From an uncultured Gammaproteobacteria bacterium (GTDB lineage: Bacteria > Patescibacteriota > Patescibacteriia > UBA1558 > GWA2-36-10), in the NCBI GenBank assembly GCA_964633905.1, contig CAZWIT010000001.1, positions 329 through 64,328 of the forward strand: a stretch of 64,000 nt of DNA. Direction: 5' to 3'. The notes under the pieces were generated by a model, which did not search any database, was not told the origin of the DNA, and saw only the letters and a program-made list of their open reading frames with translations. Both the position numbers and the translations under genes were made by a program. Numbering within the stretch: the stretch's first letter is position 1; each line of letters begins with the position of its first letter. Of this stretch, positions 41,676-50,928 are shown one piece after another.

Positions 41676-42218
41676 ATGGACAAAAAAATTTTAGTTTTTA
41701 CTGGCTTACCATCAGCTGGCAAAGGTACGGCTGCTAAATATTTAGTGGAAAAATATGGAGTTCAGTATTTTCGTTTTTCTACTATTATTCGTGATCTGCT
41801 TAATAGATTATATTTACCACAATCTCGAGAAAATATGTTTCGTATTTCTTTAGTATTAAGACAGAATTTTTCCGAAGATATCTTTGCTAAAGTTATGGCT
41901 GAAGATGTTAGTAGGGCTGAAAATAAGATAGTGGTGGTTGATGGGGCTAGGCGTTTAGCTGATATTGAACATCTCGGTAAATTACCTGGTTTTCAACTTA
42001 TTGCTATTGAAGCCGATATGAAAAAGCGTTATGAGAGGTTGATTATTAGAGGAGAAAATCCAGATGATAATAGTAAAACTTGGGAGCAGTTTCAAGCTGA
42101 TCATAATTTAGAAACAGAATTAAGTATTCCAGAACTGATGAGTAAAGCAACAGCAGTAATAAATAACGATGGTAGTTTGGAGGACTTATATAAACAATTA
42201 GATAATTTAGTTAAATAA
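41676..42218 (+). CDS. P-loop nucleotide kinase (AAA/adenylate or dephospho-CoA kinase-like)
   Basis: TGLPSAGKGT, VVDGAR, RYERL..RG, INNDGS. Confidence 0.8.
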   Translation: MDKKILVFTGLPSAGKGTAAKYLVEKYGVQYFRFSTIIRDLLNRLYLPQSRENMFRISLVLRQNFSEDIFAKVMAEDVSRAENKIVVVDGARRLADIEHLGKLPGFQLIAIEADMKKRYERLIIRGENPDDNSKTWEQFQADHNLETELSIPELMSKATAVINNDGSLEDLYKQLDNLVK

Positions 42219-42232
42219 GTTTATTTTTATTT

Positions 42233-43585
42233 ATGTCATTAGATAATTTACAACATGTTTCTCGGTCTTTAAGTAGTGGCGGTATGGTTATGTTACTTGA
42301 TACTGGTGCAGTTATTAATCCTGAATCAGAAGCTATGATCCAAGCTTTGCATTCACGCTCTACGGGTGGAGTAAAAAGTCATTTAGAAACTTTGAGCAAA
42401 AAAGGTTCAGCTAATTTTATGGCTAATTTTTATGTTGGTTATGGTCATAAATCTATTGGTGATTGCGGTAGTTTAACCCTTTTTATCGAAGGTGTTTCGA
42501 TGTTGGCAGCCAAAGCCATTCAAGATTGGGCGTTATATAGTGGACAAGAATCTTCTACTCGCTATATTGATTTTTCTAAACAATTATTTATTGATCCAGT
42601 TGGTACCCAAGAATCTAAAGATATTTTGGAAAATTGGCGGCAGTTTTATTTAAATTCACGAGTGCAAGTCGAGGATCATTTAAAAAAACAATTTCCTTTG
42701 CAAGCTTCAGAAGAAGAAAAAATTTATAATAAAGCCATTAGCGCTCGAGCCTTTGATATTTTGCGTGGCTTTTTGCCAGCTGGTGCTTCTACTAATTTGG
42801 CTTGGCATAGTAATATGAGGCAAGTAGCTGATAAATTGATGCTTTTGAGGCACCATCCATTATTAGAGGTTAAAGAAGTAGCGGAAAAATTACAGGAAGT
42901 ATTACAAGAAAAATATCCTAGCTCTTTTAATTATCCGATTTTTGCTACTACTGAAGATTATAATAAGCAATGGATGAATGAGGATTATTATTTTACTCAT
43001 GACACTTTTTCAGAAACAAAATTATTATATAATGGTTTGGATCTGAATTTATTAAAAAAATATAAAAAAGTTTTAAGCTCTCGTCCTCTGAAAACTGAGT
43101 TGCCAAAATTTTTGGCCCAAGTCGGTACTTTGCAATTTGGTTTTATGCTTGATTTCGGATCTTTTCGCGATATTCAGCGTCACCGAGCAGTGATTCAGCG
43201 CATGCCTTTGCTTACTTTAGAGCATGGTTTTAATCAATTTTATTTTGAGTCATTACCAGAGAGTTTAAGGCAAGCAGCCGAAAGCTTGGTTGGCTATCAA
43301 GAGCAGGCTATTAAAAAATTAAATTTAAATCCCGGTATTGCTCAATACTATACGGCTATGGGTTATAATTTGCCTAATATGATTAGTGGTGATTTGCCAG
43401 CTTTAGTTTATTTGATTGAACTACGATCTACTAGATTTGTGCATCCGACTTTGCAGAAACGAGCGATTGAGATGGCTAAAATTTTAGAAAAAGAATTTGG
43501 CACTTATGGTTTGCAGCTACACCTTGATCAAGAGCCTGGTCGTTTTGATATCAAGCGCGGTGAGCATGATATTATTATTAAATAA
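42233..43585 (+). CDS. thyX: FAD-dependent thymidylate synthase, long two-domain form
   Basis: YGHKSIGD, QESSTRY, FDILRGFLP, RDIQRHR, IELRS..HP. Confidence 0.88.
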   Translation: MSLDNLQHVSRSLSSGGMVMLLDTGAVINPESEAMIQALHSRSTGGVKSHLETLSKKGSANFMANFYVGYGHKSIGDCGSLTLFIEGVSMLAAKAIQDWALYSGQESSTRYIDFSKQLFIDPVGTQESKDILENWRQFYLNSRVQVEDHLKKQFPLQASEEEKIYNKAISARAFDILRGFLPAGASTNLAWHSNMRQVADKLMLLRHHPLLEVKEVAEKLQEVLQEKYPSSFNYPIFATTEDYNKQWMNEDYYFTHDTFSETKLLYNGLDLNLLKKYKKVLSSRPLKTELPKFLAQVGTLQFGFMLDFGSFRDIQRHRAVIQRMPLLTLEHGFNQFYFESLPESLRQAAESLVGYQEQAIKKLNLNPGIAQYYTAMGYNLPNMISGDLPALVYLIELRSTRFVHPTLQKRAIEMAKILEKEFGTYGLQLHLDQEPGRFDIKRGEHDIIIK

Positions 43586-43587
43586 GT

Positions 43588-44010
43588 ATGAAAATTAAAA
43601 TAAAAAAATTAATAGCAGAGGCCACCTTACCGCAAGTTTCACGCGTAGGCGATTGTGCAATGGATCTAGTAGCTGCTAAAAATTATTTATTAAATCCCGG
43701 TGATCAAGTTCTAGTTTCTACTGGCGTGGCTGTTGAAATTCCAGCTGGCTTTTGGGGCAATGTCAGAGATCGATCAGGACTCGCTGCTAAGCATGGTTTA
43801 CATACTTTGGCTGGAGTAATTGACCCCAATTATCGGGGAGAAATTTTAGTAGCTTTAATTAACTTAGGAAAAGAATCTTATCAAATAAAGTCAGGTGATC
43901 GGATTGCCCAGATGCTTATCCAAAAATTTGAAGATATTGAAATAGAAGAAGCAAGCGAACTAGTCGAAAGCAATCGGGGAGCTAATAATTTTGGTTCTAG
44001 TGGATATTAA
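43588..44010 (+). CDS. dut: dUTP pyrophosphatase
   Basis: RSGLA, GVIDPNYRGE, GDRIAQ, RGANNFGSSG. Confidence 0.97.
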   Translation: MKIKIKKLIAEATLPQVSRVGDCAMDLVAAKNYLLNPGDQVLVSTGVAVEIPAGFWGNVRDRSGLAAKHGLHTLAGVIDPNYRGEILVALINLGKESYQIKSGDRIAQMLIQKFEDIEIEEASELVESNRGANNFGSSGY

Positions 44011-44012
44011 AT

Positions 44013-44687
44013 ATGTCAGGAAAATTGATAGTTATAGAAGGGGGAGATGGTAGTGGTAAAACTACTCAGTTTAATTTACTTAAAGAAAAATTAATTAAAG
44101 AAGGATATCAAATAGAGACGGTTGATTTTCCTCGTTACGGACAAGACTCTGCTTTGATGATAGAAAAATATCTCAATGGTGATTTCGGAACAGCTAAAGA
44201 AGTTGGCGCTTATCGAGCTTCTATTTTATATGCGGTTGATCGTTATGATGCTTCCTTTGAAATGAAAAAATACTTAGCAGAAGGTAAAATAATTTTAGCT
44301 AATCGTTATGCTACATCTAGTATGCTTCATCAAGCCGGAAAAATAAAGGACATTAAAGAAAGAGATATTTTTTTAAATTGGTTAGATGAGTTAGAGTTTG
44401 GTATATTTGCCATTCCGCGACCAGATGTAGTTTTTTTTATGAATATTTCGGCGGAACTTTCACAAAAAATGGCTTTACAAAAAGAGCAACGCCATGATCA
44501 TTTGAAATCAAAAAATGATATTCATGAAAATGATCTTAGTCATTTACGCGATGCTCTAGAAGCTGGGCAATATGTTGCCCAAAAATATCAGTGGGAGGTA
44601 GTTAACTGTGATGATGGCACTGGTCATATTAGATCCATTGAAGATATTCATGAAGAAATTTGTCAGAAGTTAAAAAAATATATATAG
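44013..44687 (+). CDS. tmk: Thymidylate kinase
   Basis: IEGGDGSGKTTQ, FPRY, LYAVDR, NRY..S, PRPD. Confidence 0.93.
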   Translation: MSGKLIVIEGGDGSGKTTQFNLLKEKLIKEGYQIETVDFPRYGQDSALMIEKYLNGDFGTAKEVGAYRASILYAVDRYDASFEMKKYLAEGKIILANRYATSSMLHQAGKIKDIKERDIFLNWLDELEFGIFAIPRPDVVFFMNISAELSQKMALQKEQRHDHLKSKNDIHENDLSHLRDALEAGQYVAQKYQWEVVNCDDGTGHIRSIEDIHEEICQKLKKYI

Positions 44688-44696
44688 TTAATAAAT

Positions 44697-46202
44697 ATGT
44701 CAAAATACGAAGCTATTATCGGCTTAGAAATTCACTTGCAACTTAAAACTAAGAGCAAGATGTTTTGTGCTTGCGCAAATCAAGAAGGTGATAAACCTAA
44801 TACTAATGTTTGTCCAATTTGTTTAGGGCATCCTGGCACATTGCCTACTGTAAATAAAGCAGCGGTAGAACAAGGTCTATTGATGGCTCTAGCCTTAGAT
44901 TGTCAGATTAATAAAAAATCAAAATTTGACCGGAAAAATTATTTTTATCCAGATTTGCCTAAAGGTTACCAAATTTCTCAATTTGATGAACCAATTGCCG
45001 AACACGGTAAGTTGATTATTGAAGTAGAAGAAAAACGTAGGCGTATTGGTATTACTCGCTTGCATCTAGAAGAAGACGCGGCTAAAAATATGCATTTAGG
45101 TGATAAAACTTTGGTTGATTTTAATCGTGGCGGAGCACCACTTGCCGAAATTGTCACTGAACCTGATTTTAGAAGTCCCCAAGAAGCTAAAGAATTTTTA
45201 ACACAACTGAGATTAATAGCTCGTTATTTAGGAGTGTCTGATGCTGATATGGAAAAAGGACAATTAAGGTGTGATGCTAATATTTCTTTGCGCCCCAAAG
45301 GTGATAAAAATTTTTATGCTAAAACGGAAATTAAAAATCTTAATTCTTTCCGTTCAGTAGAACGAGCTTTGCAATATGAAATCGAGCGCCAAACAGAACT
45401 ATGGGATAAAAAACAAGTTAGTAAATTGACTGAAACGCGCGGTTGGGATGAAGCTAAACAAGTAACTGTTTTACAGCGTACTAAAGAAGGTTCTTCTGAT
45501 TATCGTTATTTCCCAGAACCAGACTTGCCACCTTTAGTAATATCACAAACCATGATGGATGAAGTAGTTGCTAAATTAGTAGAATTGCCGGCTGCCAAGC
45601 AAGAGCGTTTTAGGCAAGAATATGGTTTGCGTGCCTTGGACGCCAAAGTTTTAGTTAGTCAAAAAGACTGGGCAGCTTGGTATGAAGAACTAATGTCAGA
45701 ATTACAGATTTGGGTCTGTCAATGGCAAAAGGTAGCTTTAGAGTCTAAGGAGGCAGAAAAATTATGGCTAGAGCATAAACTTGAGCTAGGTCGCTTGAGT
45801 TATGCTTGGGTTACTAGCGAATTATTTAAATTATTACCAAGCGGCTTTAAGCTAAAAAATTTAAAGATTAAGCCAGAAAATATGGCTGAATTTATTAGCT
45901 TGATTTATTTGAAAAAAATAAACAGTACCGCTGGTCAAAAGATTTTAGCTGAAATGTTTTCTGGTAAAGACCAGGATCCTTCGCATTTGGCAGATAAAAT
46001 GGATTTAACTCAAATTGATGATGATAGCACTTTAGTTGATTTAGTGATGAAGGTTATTTTGATGTATCCAGAGCAAGCTCAAGAATATCGTAATGGCAAA
46101 GAGCCTTTGCTCAAATTTTTCTTGGGCCAAGTAATGAAAGAATCAAAAGGCAAGGCTAATCCTCAGAAAATAGAGGAGATTTTGAAAGAGAAATTAAGTT
46201 AA
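44697..46202 (+). CDS. gatB: Asp/Glu-tRNA amidotransferase subunit B
   Basis: IGLEIH, FDRKNYFYPDLPKGYQISQ, HLEEDAAK, YRYFPEPDL. Confidence 0.97.
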   Translation: MSKYEAIIGLEIHLQLKTKSKMFCACANQEGDKPNTNVCPICLGHPGTLPTVNKAAVEQGLLMALALDCQINKKSKFDRKNYFYPDLPKGYQISQFDEPIAEHGKLIIEVEEKRRRIGITRLHLEEDAAKNMHLGDKTLVDFNRGGAPLAEIVTEPDFRSPQEAKEFLTQLRLIARYLGVSDADMEKGQLRCDANISLRPKGDKNFYAKTEIKNLNSFRSVERALQYEIERQTELWDKKQVSKLTETRGWDEAKQVTVLQRTKEGSSDYRYFPEPDLPPLVISQTMMDEVVAKLVELPAAKQERFRQEYGLRALDAKVLVSQKDWAAWYEELMSELQIWVCQWQKVALESKEAEKLWLEHKLELGRLSYAWVTSELFKLLPSGFKLKNLKIKPENMAEFISLIYLKKINSTAGQKILAEMFSGKDQDPSHLADKMDLTQIDDDSTLVDLVMKVILMYPEQAQEYRNGKEPLLKFFLGQVMKESKGKANPQKIEEILKEKLS

Positions 46203-46203
46203 A

Positions 46204-46273
46204 TACCCCCTCTATAATCTCCCCCTAAATTAGGGGGAGATGTCTCGAGCGAAGTCGAGAGACAGAGGAGGTA
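46204..46273 (+). repeat. Branched hairpin element (family B) upstream of the DUF559 gene
   Basis: taccccctct-ataa-tctccccctaa-a-ttagggggaga-tgtc..gaca-gaggaggta. Confidence 0.8.
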
Positions 46274-46282
46274 TATAAGAAA

Positions 46283-46666
46283 ATGCGATTTATTTTTAAT
46301 AACCCTAATTTTAAATTAATACGTAGGGGTTTGCGTCAGCAAATGACGGATGCAGAATTATTATTTTGGTCAAAAATAAAAAATAAGCAATTATGCGCTT
46401 ATAAATTTCGTAGGCAATACAGCATTGGTCCGTTTATTGTTGATTTTTATTGTCCAAAATTAAAACTTGTTATTGAAATAGATGGTAGTCAACATGCTAA
46501 ATTAGACATTATTAATTATGATAGCTCTAGAACGGCATATTTTCAATCTATGAACATAAAAGTTATTAGATATTGGAATCACGAGATAATGAATAATATA
46601 GAAGGTGTTTATATTGATTTACAAGAACAAATCAAAAAAAGAAGGAAAGAGTTCGATTTTGTTTGA
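46283..46666 (+). CDS. DUF559 / Vsr-like PD-(D/E)xK endonuclease domain protein
   Basis: LRQQMTDAE..W, KFRRQYSIGPFIVDFYC, IEIDGSQH, VIRYWN. Confidence 0.93.
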   Translation: MRFIFNNPNFKLIRRGLRQQMTDAELLFWSKIKNKQLCAYKFRRQYSIGPFIVDFYCPKLKLVIEIDGSQHAKLDIINYDSSRTAYFQSMNIKVIRYWNHEIMNNIEGVYIDLQEQIKKRRKEFDFV

Positions 46667-46744
46667 CAGACCTTTTATTATTTGTTATAGATTAAACAAC
46701 TTTAGTTCTTCACTCAAAACCCTAGCTCCGAAAGGAGGTGTGTC

Positions 46745-46912
46745 ATGTGTCTGCCGGAAATCAGGCAAAGGCCGAATGGCGAACGCATCGTGGTTAGCCA
46801 ATTTGGCGGGCGGAGGTATCCGCCAGAAGAAGAAGCTATTATTCTGGCGCAGGCTGACAGAGAAGCGGAGGCGAAAAAGTCGCCCCCAAAAACCATCAAT
46901 CCAGAAAATTGA
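46745..46912 (+). CDS. 55-aa GC-rich small protein MCLPEIRQRPNGERIVVSQFGGRRYPPEEEAIILAQADREAEAKKSPPKTINPEN
   Basis: TTGACA promoter near 46663, SD AAGGAGGTG with GGAGG 6 nt before ATG, terminator 10 nt after stop; below the ORF-track cutoff. Confidence 0.65.
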   Translation: MCLPEIRQRPNGERIVVSQFGGRRYPPEEEAIILAQADREAEAKKSPPKTINPEN

Positions 46913-46921
46913 AGAGAGTGT

Positions 46922-46948
46922 CCAGCGGCTACTTAGTCGCTGGTTTTT
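46922..46948 (+). terminator. Intrinsic terminator
   Basis: ccagcggct-actt-agtcgctgg-ttttt. Confidence 0.8.
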
Positions 46949-47852
46949 ATTTTAAGAAATTATTTATCTCTTCTTTAATATCGCTTAGAGCTAAATTCCA
47001 ATGTATTTTTAAGCCTTGTTTTTCCATGCGACGAAACCAAGTCATTTGCCTTTTGGCATAGTGACGAGTGTTTTGTTTGATGAGTTCTAGAGCTTTATCT
47101 AGTGTAATTTCATTATCTAAATATTGGATGATTTCGCGGTAGCCAATGCCGGATAAGGCAGGACTATTTTTGTCCTGATATTTTTGATAAATAGTTTTGA
47201 CTTCAGCTACTAAACCCAGAGCTACCATTTGATCAACACGTTGATCAATTTTTTTGTACAAAGCTTTTCTCTCTGGGTCAATACCAAAAATGAGGTAGTC
47301 AAAAGCACAGTCACCGGATTTTTGACCAGCTTTGATACTAGCTTTAAAAGCCAAAGCATATTCTAAAGCTCGCAATACTCGGACTTTATTGTTAATATCA
47401 ATAGTTTCTAAAATTTCCGGATCAGAAATTTCTAGTTGCTTGATTAGCTGTTCAAGACTATGTTGCTCTAGTTCTTTGCGTAAAGCTAAATCAGTTTGCG
47501 GTAACTGGTAGTTTTGCAAAATAGAGGATAGATACAATCCCGTGCCGCCACAGATTATTGGGAGTTTGTGCTGTTTATGAATTTCATCAATGGTAGCTAA
47601 AGCTGCCTGCTGCCAGTCGTGCAAAGAATATTCTTGATCAGGCCTAACTATATCTAACAAATAATGTTTGATACCATCTTGCTCTAAGAGAGTAGTTTTG
47701 TTACTGCCGATATTGAGCTCTTGGTAGATTTGCCGAGAATCAGCTGAGATGATTTCGCCCTTAAAAATTTTTGCAATTTCTACAGCTAAAGATGACTTGC
47801 CAGAAGCAGTCGGACCGAGGATTACTATTATTTTGGGTTTAATATTTGGCAT
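46947..47852 (-). CDS. miaA: tRNA dimethylallyltransferase
   Basis: GPTASGKS, ISADSRQIY, GGTGLY, IGYRE, YAKRQMTWF. Confidence 0.97.
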   Translation of the reverse strand: MPNIKPKIIVILGPTASGKSSLAVEIAKIFKGEIISADSRQIYQELNIGSNKTTLLEQDGIKHYLLDIVRPDQEYSLHDWQQAALATIDEIHKQHKLPIICGGTGLYLSSILQNYQLPQTDLALRKELEQHSLEQLIKQLEISDPEILETIDINNKVRVLRALEYALAFKASIKAGQKSGDCAFDYLIFGIDPERKALYKKIDQRVDQMVALGLVAEVKTIYQKYQDKNSPALSGIGYREIIQYLDNEITLDKALELIKQNTRHYAKRQMTWFRRMEKQGLKIHWNLALSDIKEEINNFLK

Positions 47853-47890
47853 TGCTTAGCTAGTATTAAATAGGGATAACTTTGGTGAAG

Positions 47891-48178
47891 TTAAAATTGA
47901 CGTTTTTCTTTGTATTCTCTCACTCTTCTAATAAATTCTTCTATGTCGTCTTTGTGAATTAGTAATTCATGGTATTCACTAGGATCTCCTTGAAAGTGTA
48001 AATCTTCACCTAGACTTGGGTAACCTTCAATTTTTCCGTCTACATAACGACTGGCATATTGGCATTGTTGTTTAAGAAGGCCACGGGCAACATCGCCAAA
48101 ATTTACATAGCCATTTTCATCTATGTTAAATAATTCACCCTCAATTTCTATTTGATTTTTTGGTTTTTCAAATCTCAT
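47891..48178 (-). CDS. Small hypothetical protein inserted between miaB and miaA
   Basis: 95-aa ORF starting MRFEKP, co-oriented. Confidence 0.7.
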   Translation of the reverse strand: MRFEKPKNQIEIEGELFNIDENGYVNFGDVARGLLKQQCQYASRYVDGKIEGYPSLGEDLHFQGDPSEYHELLIHKDDIEEFIRRVREYKEKRQF

Positions 48179-48186
48179 ATAATAAT

Positions 48187-49488
48187 TTATTTAATTATTT
48201 CTGCTTCCACGCCCCAATTTAAGGCTTTAGTAATTTTTACTTTATTAAATTCACCAATGGCCAACGGTTTTTTACTATTGATTTTAACGGTCGTGTAGTT
48301 AGACAGTTTACCCATGCTAAGATAATACTGACCAGATTTTTTACTTTGGTCAATGAGCACTAGACTAGTTTTACCAACTAGTTTTTTATTAAACTCTAGT
48401 GATTGTTGGCCGATTAGTTTATTTAGTTCTTGCCAGCGTTTCTTTTTTTCCTCTTTTTTAATATCATCTTTAAACATTTTAGCAGCGGTCGTGCCAATAC
48501 GGGCCGAGTATTGGGCAAAGTAAGCAGTGTTATACTTTACTTCTTTAACTAAGTCTAAAGTAGCCTGAAAATCAGTTTTGCTTTCAGTAGGAAAACCAAC
48601 AATAATATCAGTAGAAATAGCAAAATTAGGCAACTGCTGACGAATACTGCGCATTAATTTTTTATAACTTGACACTGTATAGTGTCGGTTCATTTTTTTA
48701 AGGATTGCGTCTGAACCAGATTGGATAGGTAAATGTAAATAAGGGCTTAAATTTTTACACTTAGACATTACTTTAATAAGTTCTGGTGACATGTCATAAG
48801 GATGGGAAGTTAAAAATTTGAGCCAAAAATTTTTCCCCAAGGTATCTACTTTTTTTAAAAGTTCTGGGAATTTTATTTCATCTTTTTTGTCCAAGCCGTA
48901 GCTATTTACATTTTGACCAAGTAAAATAATTTCTTTATAATTTTTTTTCAATAAGTCTTTTATTTCTTTTAATATCTCTTGGCTTGGGCGAGAAATTTCA
49001 CGACCCCTAGTATGTGGAACAGCACAATAGGTGCAAAATTTATTACAGCCAGTCATAATCGGCACATAGGCGCGGTAGCTAGAATAATAGCTGGGTTCAA
49101 TGCTAAAAAATTGCGGTAAAGCTAATTTTTCTTCAGGTGTCAATTTTTTGAGATCAGTAGCTAGATTTTCTAGATGATTAATATCAATAAACAAATCAAA
49201 TTTAGTAGCCAGTTTTTTGCGGTCAGCTGGCAAAACACAACCAGAAAGTAGGGTAATAAGCGGTCTTTTTTCTTTAAGTATTTGCCATTCACGTAGTTTG
49301 CCATAAATACGATCAACAGCCGCTTGTCTGACTGAGCAGGCAATAACCCCAACTAAATCAGCCTCGGCTTCATTTTTAGTTTCCTGGTAGCCTAGATTAG
49401 TTAAAACTGTAGCCAATCTTTCAGCGTCAGATGTGTTCATTTGACAACCAAAAATTATTAAGTGAAATTTTTTAGTTTTTTTAGGCAT
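48187..49488 (-). CDS. miaB: tRNA methylthiotransferase MiaB
   Basis: GCQMN..D.E, CSVR, CNKFCTYC radical SAM, HLPIQSGSD, TRAM. Confidence 0.95.
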   Translation of the reverse strand: MPKKTKKFHLIIFGCQMNTSDAERLATVLTNLGYQETKNEAEADLVGVIACSVRQAAVDRIYGKLREWQILKEKRPLITLLSGCVLPADRKKLATKFDLFIDINHLENLATDLKKLTPEEKLALPQFFSIEPSYYSSYRAYVPIMTGCNKFCTYCAVPHTRGREISRPSQEILKEIKDLLKKNYKEIILLGQNVNSYGLDKKDEIKFPELLKKVDTLGKNFWLKFLTSHPYDMSPELIKVMSKCKNLSPYLHLPIQSGSDAILKKMNRHYTVSSYKKLMRSIRQQLPNFAISTDIIVGFPTESKTDFQATLDLVKEVKYNTAYFAQYSARIGTTAAKMFKDDIKKEEKKKRWQELNKLIGQQSLEFNKKLVGKTSLVLIDQSKKSGQYYLSMGKLSNYTTVKINSKKPLAIGEFNKVKITKALNWGVEAEIIK

Positions 49489-49490
49489 TG

Positions 49491-50909
49491 TTAAAGTACT
49501 TCATTGTCATGAGCGTGAGATTCGATCACACCAGCTGGGGTAATACGGATAAACTCGGCGTTGTTGCGCAATTCTGCTAGATTGCGGGCATTGCCGTAGC
49601 TCATGCCGGATTTTAAACCACCAATAAAATTATTGATAATATTTTGCACTGGCCCGCGATAGGGAACCCGAGCTTCAATACCTTCCGGAGTGATTTGATT
49701 AATTTTTTCTTTAGCGTCAGGCCGAGATAGAGCGGCAGTGAGAGAAGCCATGCCACGAGAGATTTTGTATTGGCGCCCTTTATAGGTCAGGGTTGGGCCA
49801 GGTGCTTCTTCGGTGCCAGCAAATTGTCCGCCAATCATGACAGTGTCAGCGCCAGCAGCTAAGGCTTTTACTACATCAGCTGCCTGTTTAATGCCACCGT
49901 CAGCAATCATAGGAATACCAGCGGCCTTGCAGACTGGAGCGATATTTAAGATAGCAGTTAGTTGCGGTACACCAAAACCAGTAGTAATACGGGTAGTGCA
50001 AATAGAACCAGGGCCAATACCAACTTTTACAGCATCAACGCCAGCTTCAATTAAGTCTTTGGCGGCTTGGGCGGTGGCAATATTACCGCCGATTAATTCT
50101 AATGCTGGCCAGCGTAATTTTACTTGTCTAATAGCATTAAGAGCATTATCGGAGTGTCCGTGCGCAATATCAATGACTAAAACATCAACGCCAGCTTCAA
50201 TTAAGCTTTGGGCGCGTAGCATAAAATCTTCCCGGACGCCAATAGCTGCACCGACCATGAGGCGGCCCTTGCTATCCTTGCTAGCGCCTTTGTGATTGTA
50301 GTTTTTGGCAATATCAGTAGCAGTAATTAATCCTTTGATTTTAAAATTGATATCTACTAAAGGTAGTTTTTCTATTTTATGAGTAGCAAGTAGTTGTTTA
50401 GCTTCGATTATATTGATATCGTGGCTAGCAGTGATTAGTCTAGCTCGCGGTGTCATTAGGTTTTTGACTTGAGCATTTTCGTCATTAGCAAACATCAAGT
50501 CGCGACTAGTCAAAATGCCCAAAAGAGTATTATTATCATCACTAACTAAAAAGCTCTTACAATTTAGTTCTTGGATTTTTTCTTTTACTTCTTTGATGGT
50601 ATTTTCGGGGAAAATCGTAAATGGTTTATCAATAATAATATTTTGGGTACGTTTTACTTTTTCTACTTCTTTGGCTTGTGTGTGAATATCGCAAAAACGG
50701 TGAATAATGCCAATGCCGCCGGAAAGAGCCATGGCAATAGCCATGCGGCTTTCGGTGACGGTGTCCATATTAGCGCTGACTAAAGGTATATTTAAGCTAA
50801 TATTTTTGGAAAGCTTGGTGCCAGTATTTGAGTCGTTGCGAGAACGTAAAGATGATTTTTTTGGCACTAATAAAACATCATCGTAAGTTAAAGCGGTTTT
50901 GATTTCCAT
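49491..50909 (-). CDS. guaB: IMP dehydrogenase
   Basis: [21 protein letters not shown] pair, [15 protein letters not shown]. Confidence 0.93.
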   Translation of the reverse strand: MEIKTALTYDDVLLVPKKSSLRSRNDSNTGTKLSKNISLNIPLVSANMDTVTESRMAIAMALSGGIGIIHRFCDIHTQAKEVEKVKRTQNIIIDKPFTIFPENTIKEVKEKIQELNCKSFLVSDDNNTLLGILTSRDLMFANDENAQVKNLMTPRARLITASHDINIIEAKQLLATHKIEKLPLVDINFKIKGLITATDIAKNYNHKGASKDSKGRLMVGAAIGVREDFMLRAQSLIEAGVDVLVIDIAHGHSDNALNAIRQVKLRWPALELIGGNIATAQAAKDLIEAGVDAVKVGIGPGSICTTRITTGFGVPQLTAILNIAPVCKAAGIPMIADGGIKQAADVVKALAAGADTVMIGGQFAGTEEAPGPTLTYKGRQYKISRGMASLTAALSRPDAKEKINQITPEGIEARVPYRGPVQNIINNFIGGLKSGMSYGNARNLAELRNNAEFIRITPAGVIESHAHDNEVL

Positions 50910-50928
50910 ATTATTTTTTGAGCTTTAA

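Noticed and set aside
26850-46202. gatCA separated from gatB
   Set aside because: Split gat genes are common and not informative
46605-46955. 116-aa ORF in the track
   Set aside because: Starts inside the DUF559 gene and crosses a promoter and terminator; the SD points to ATG 46745 in another frame
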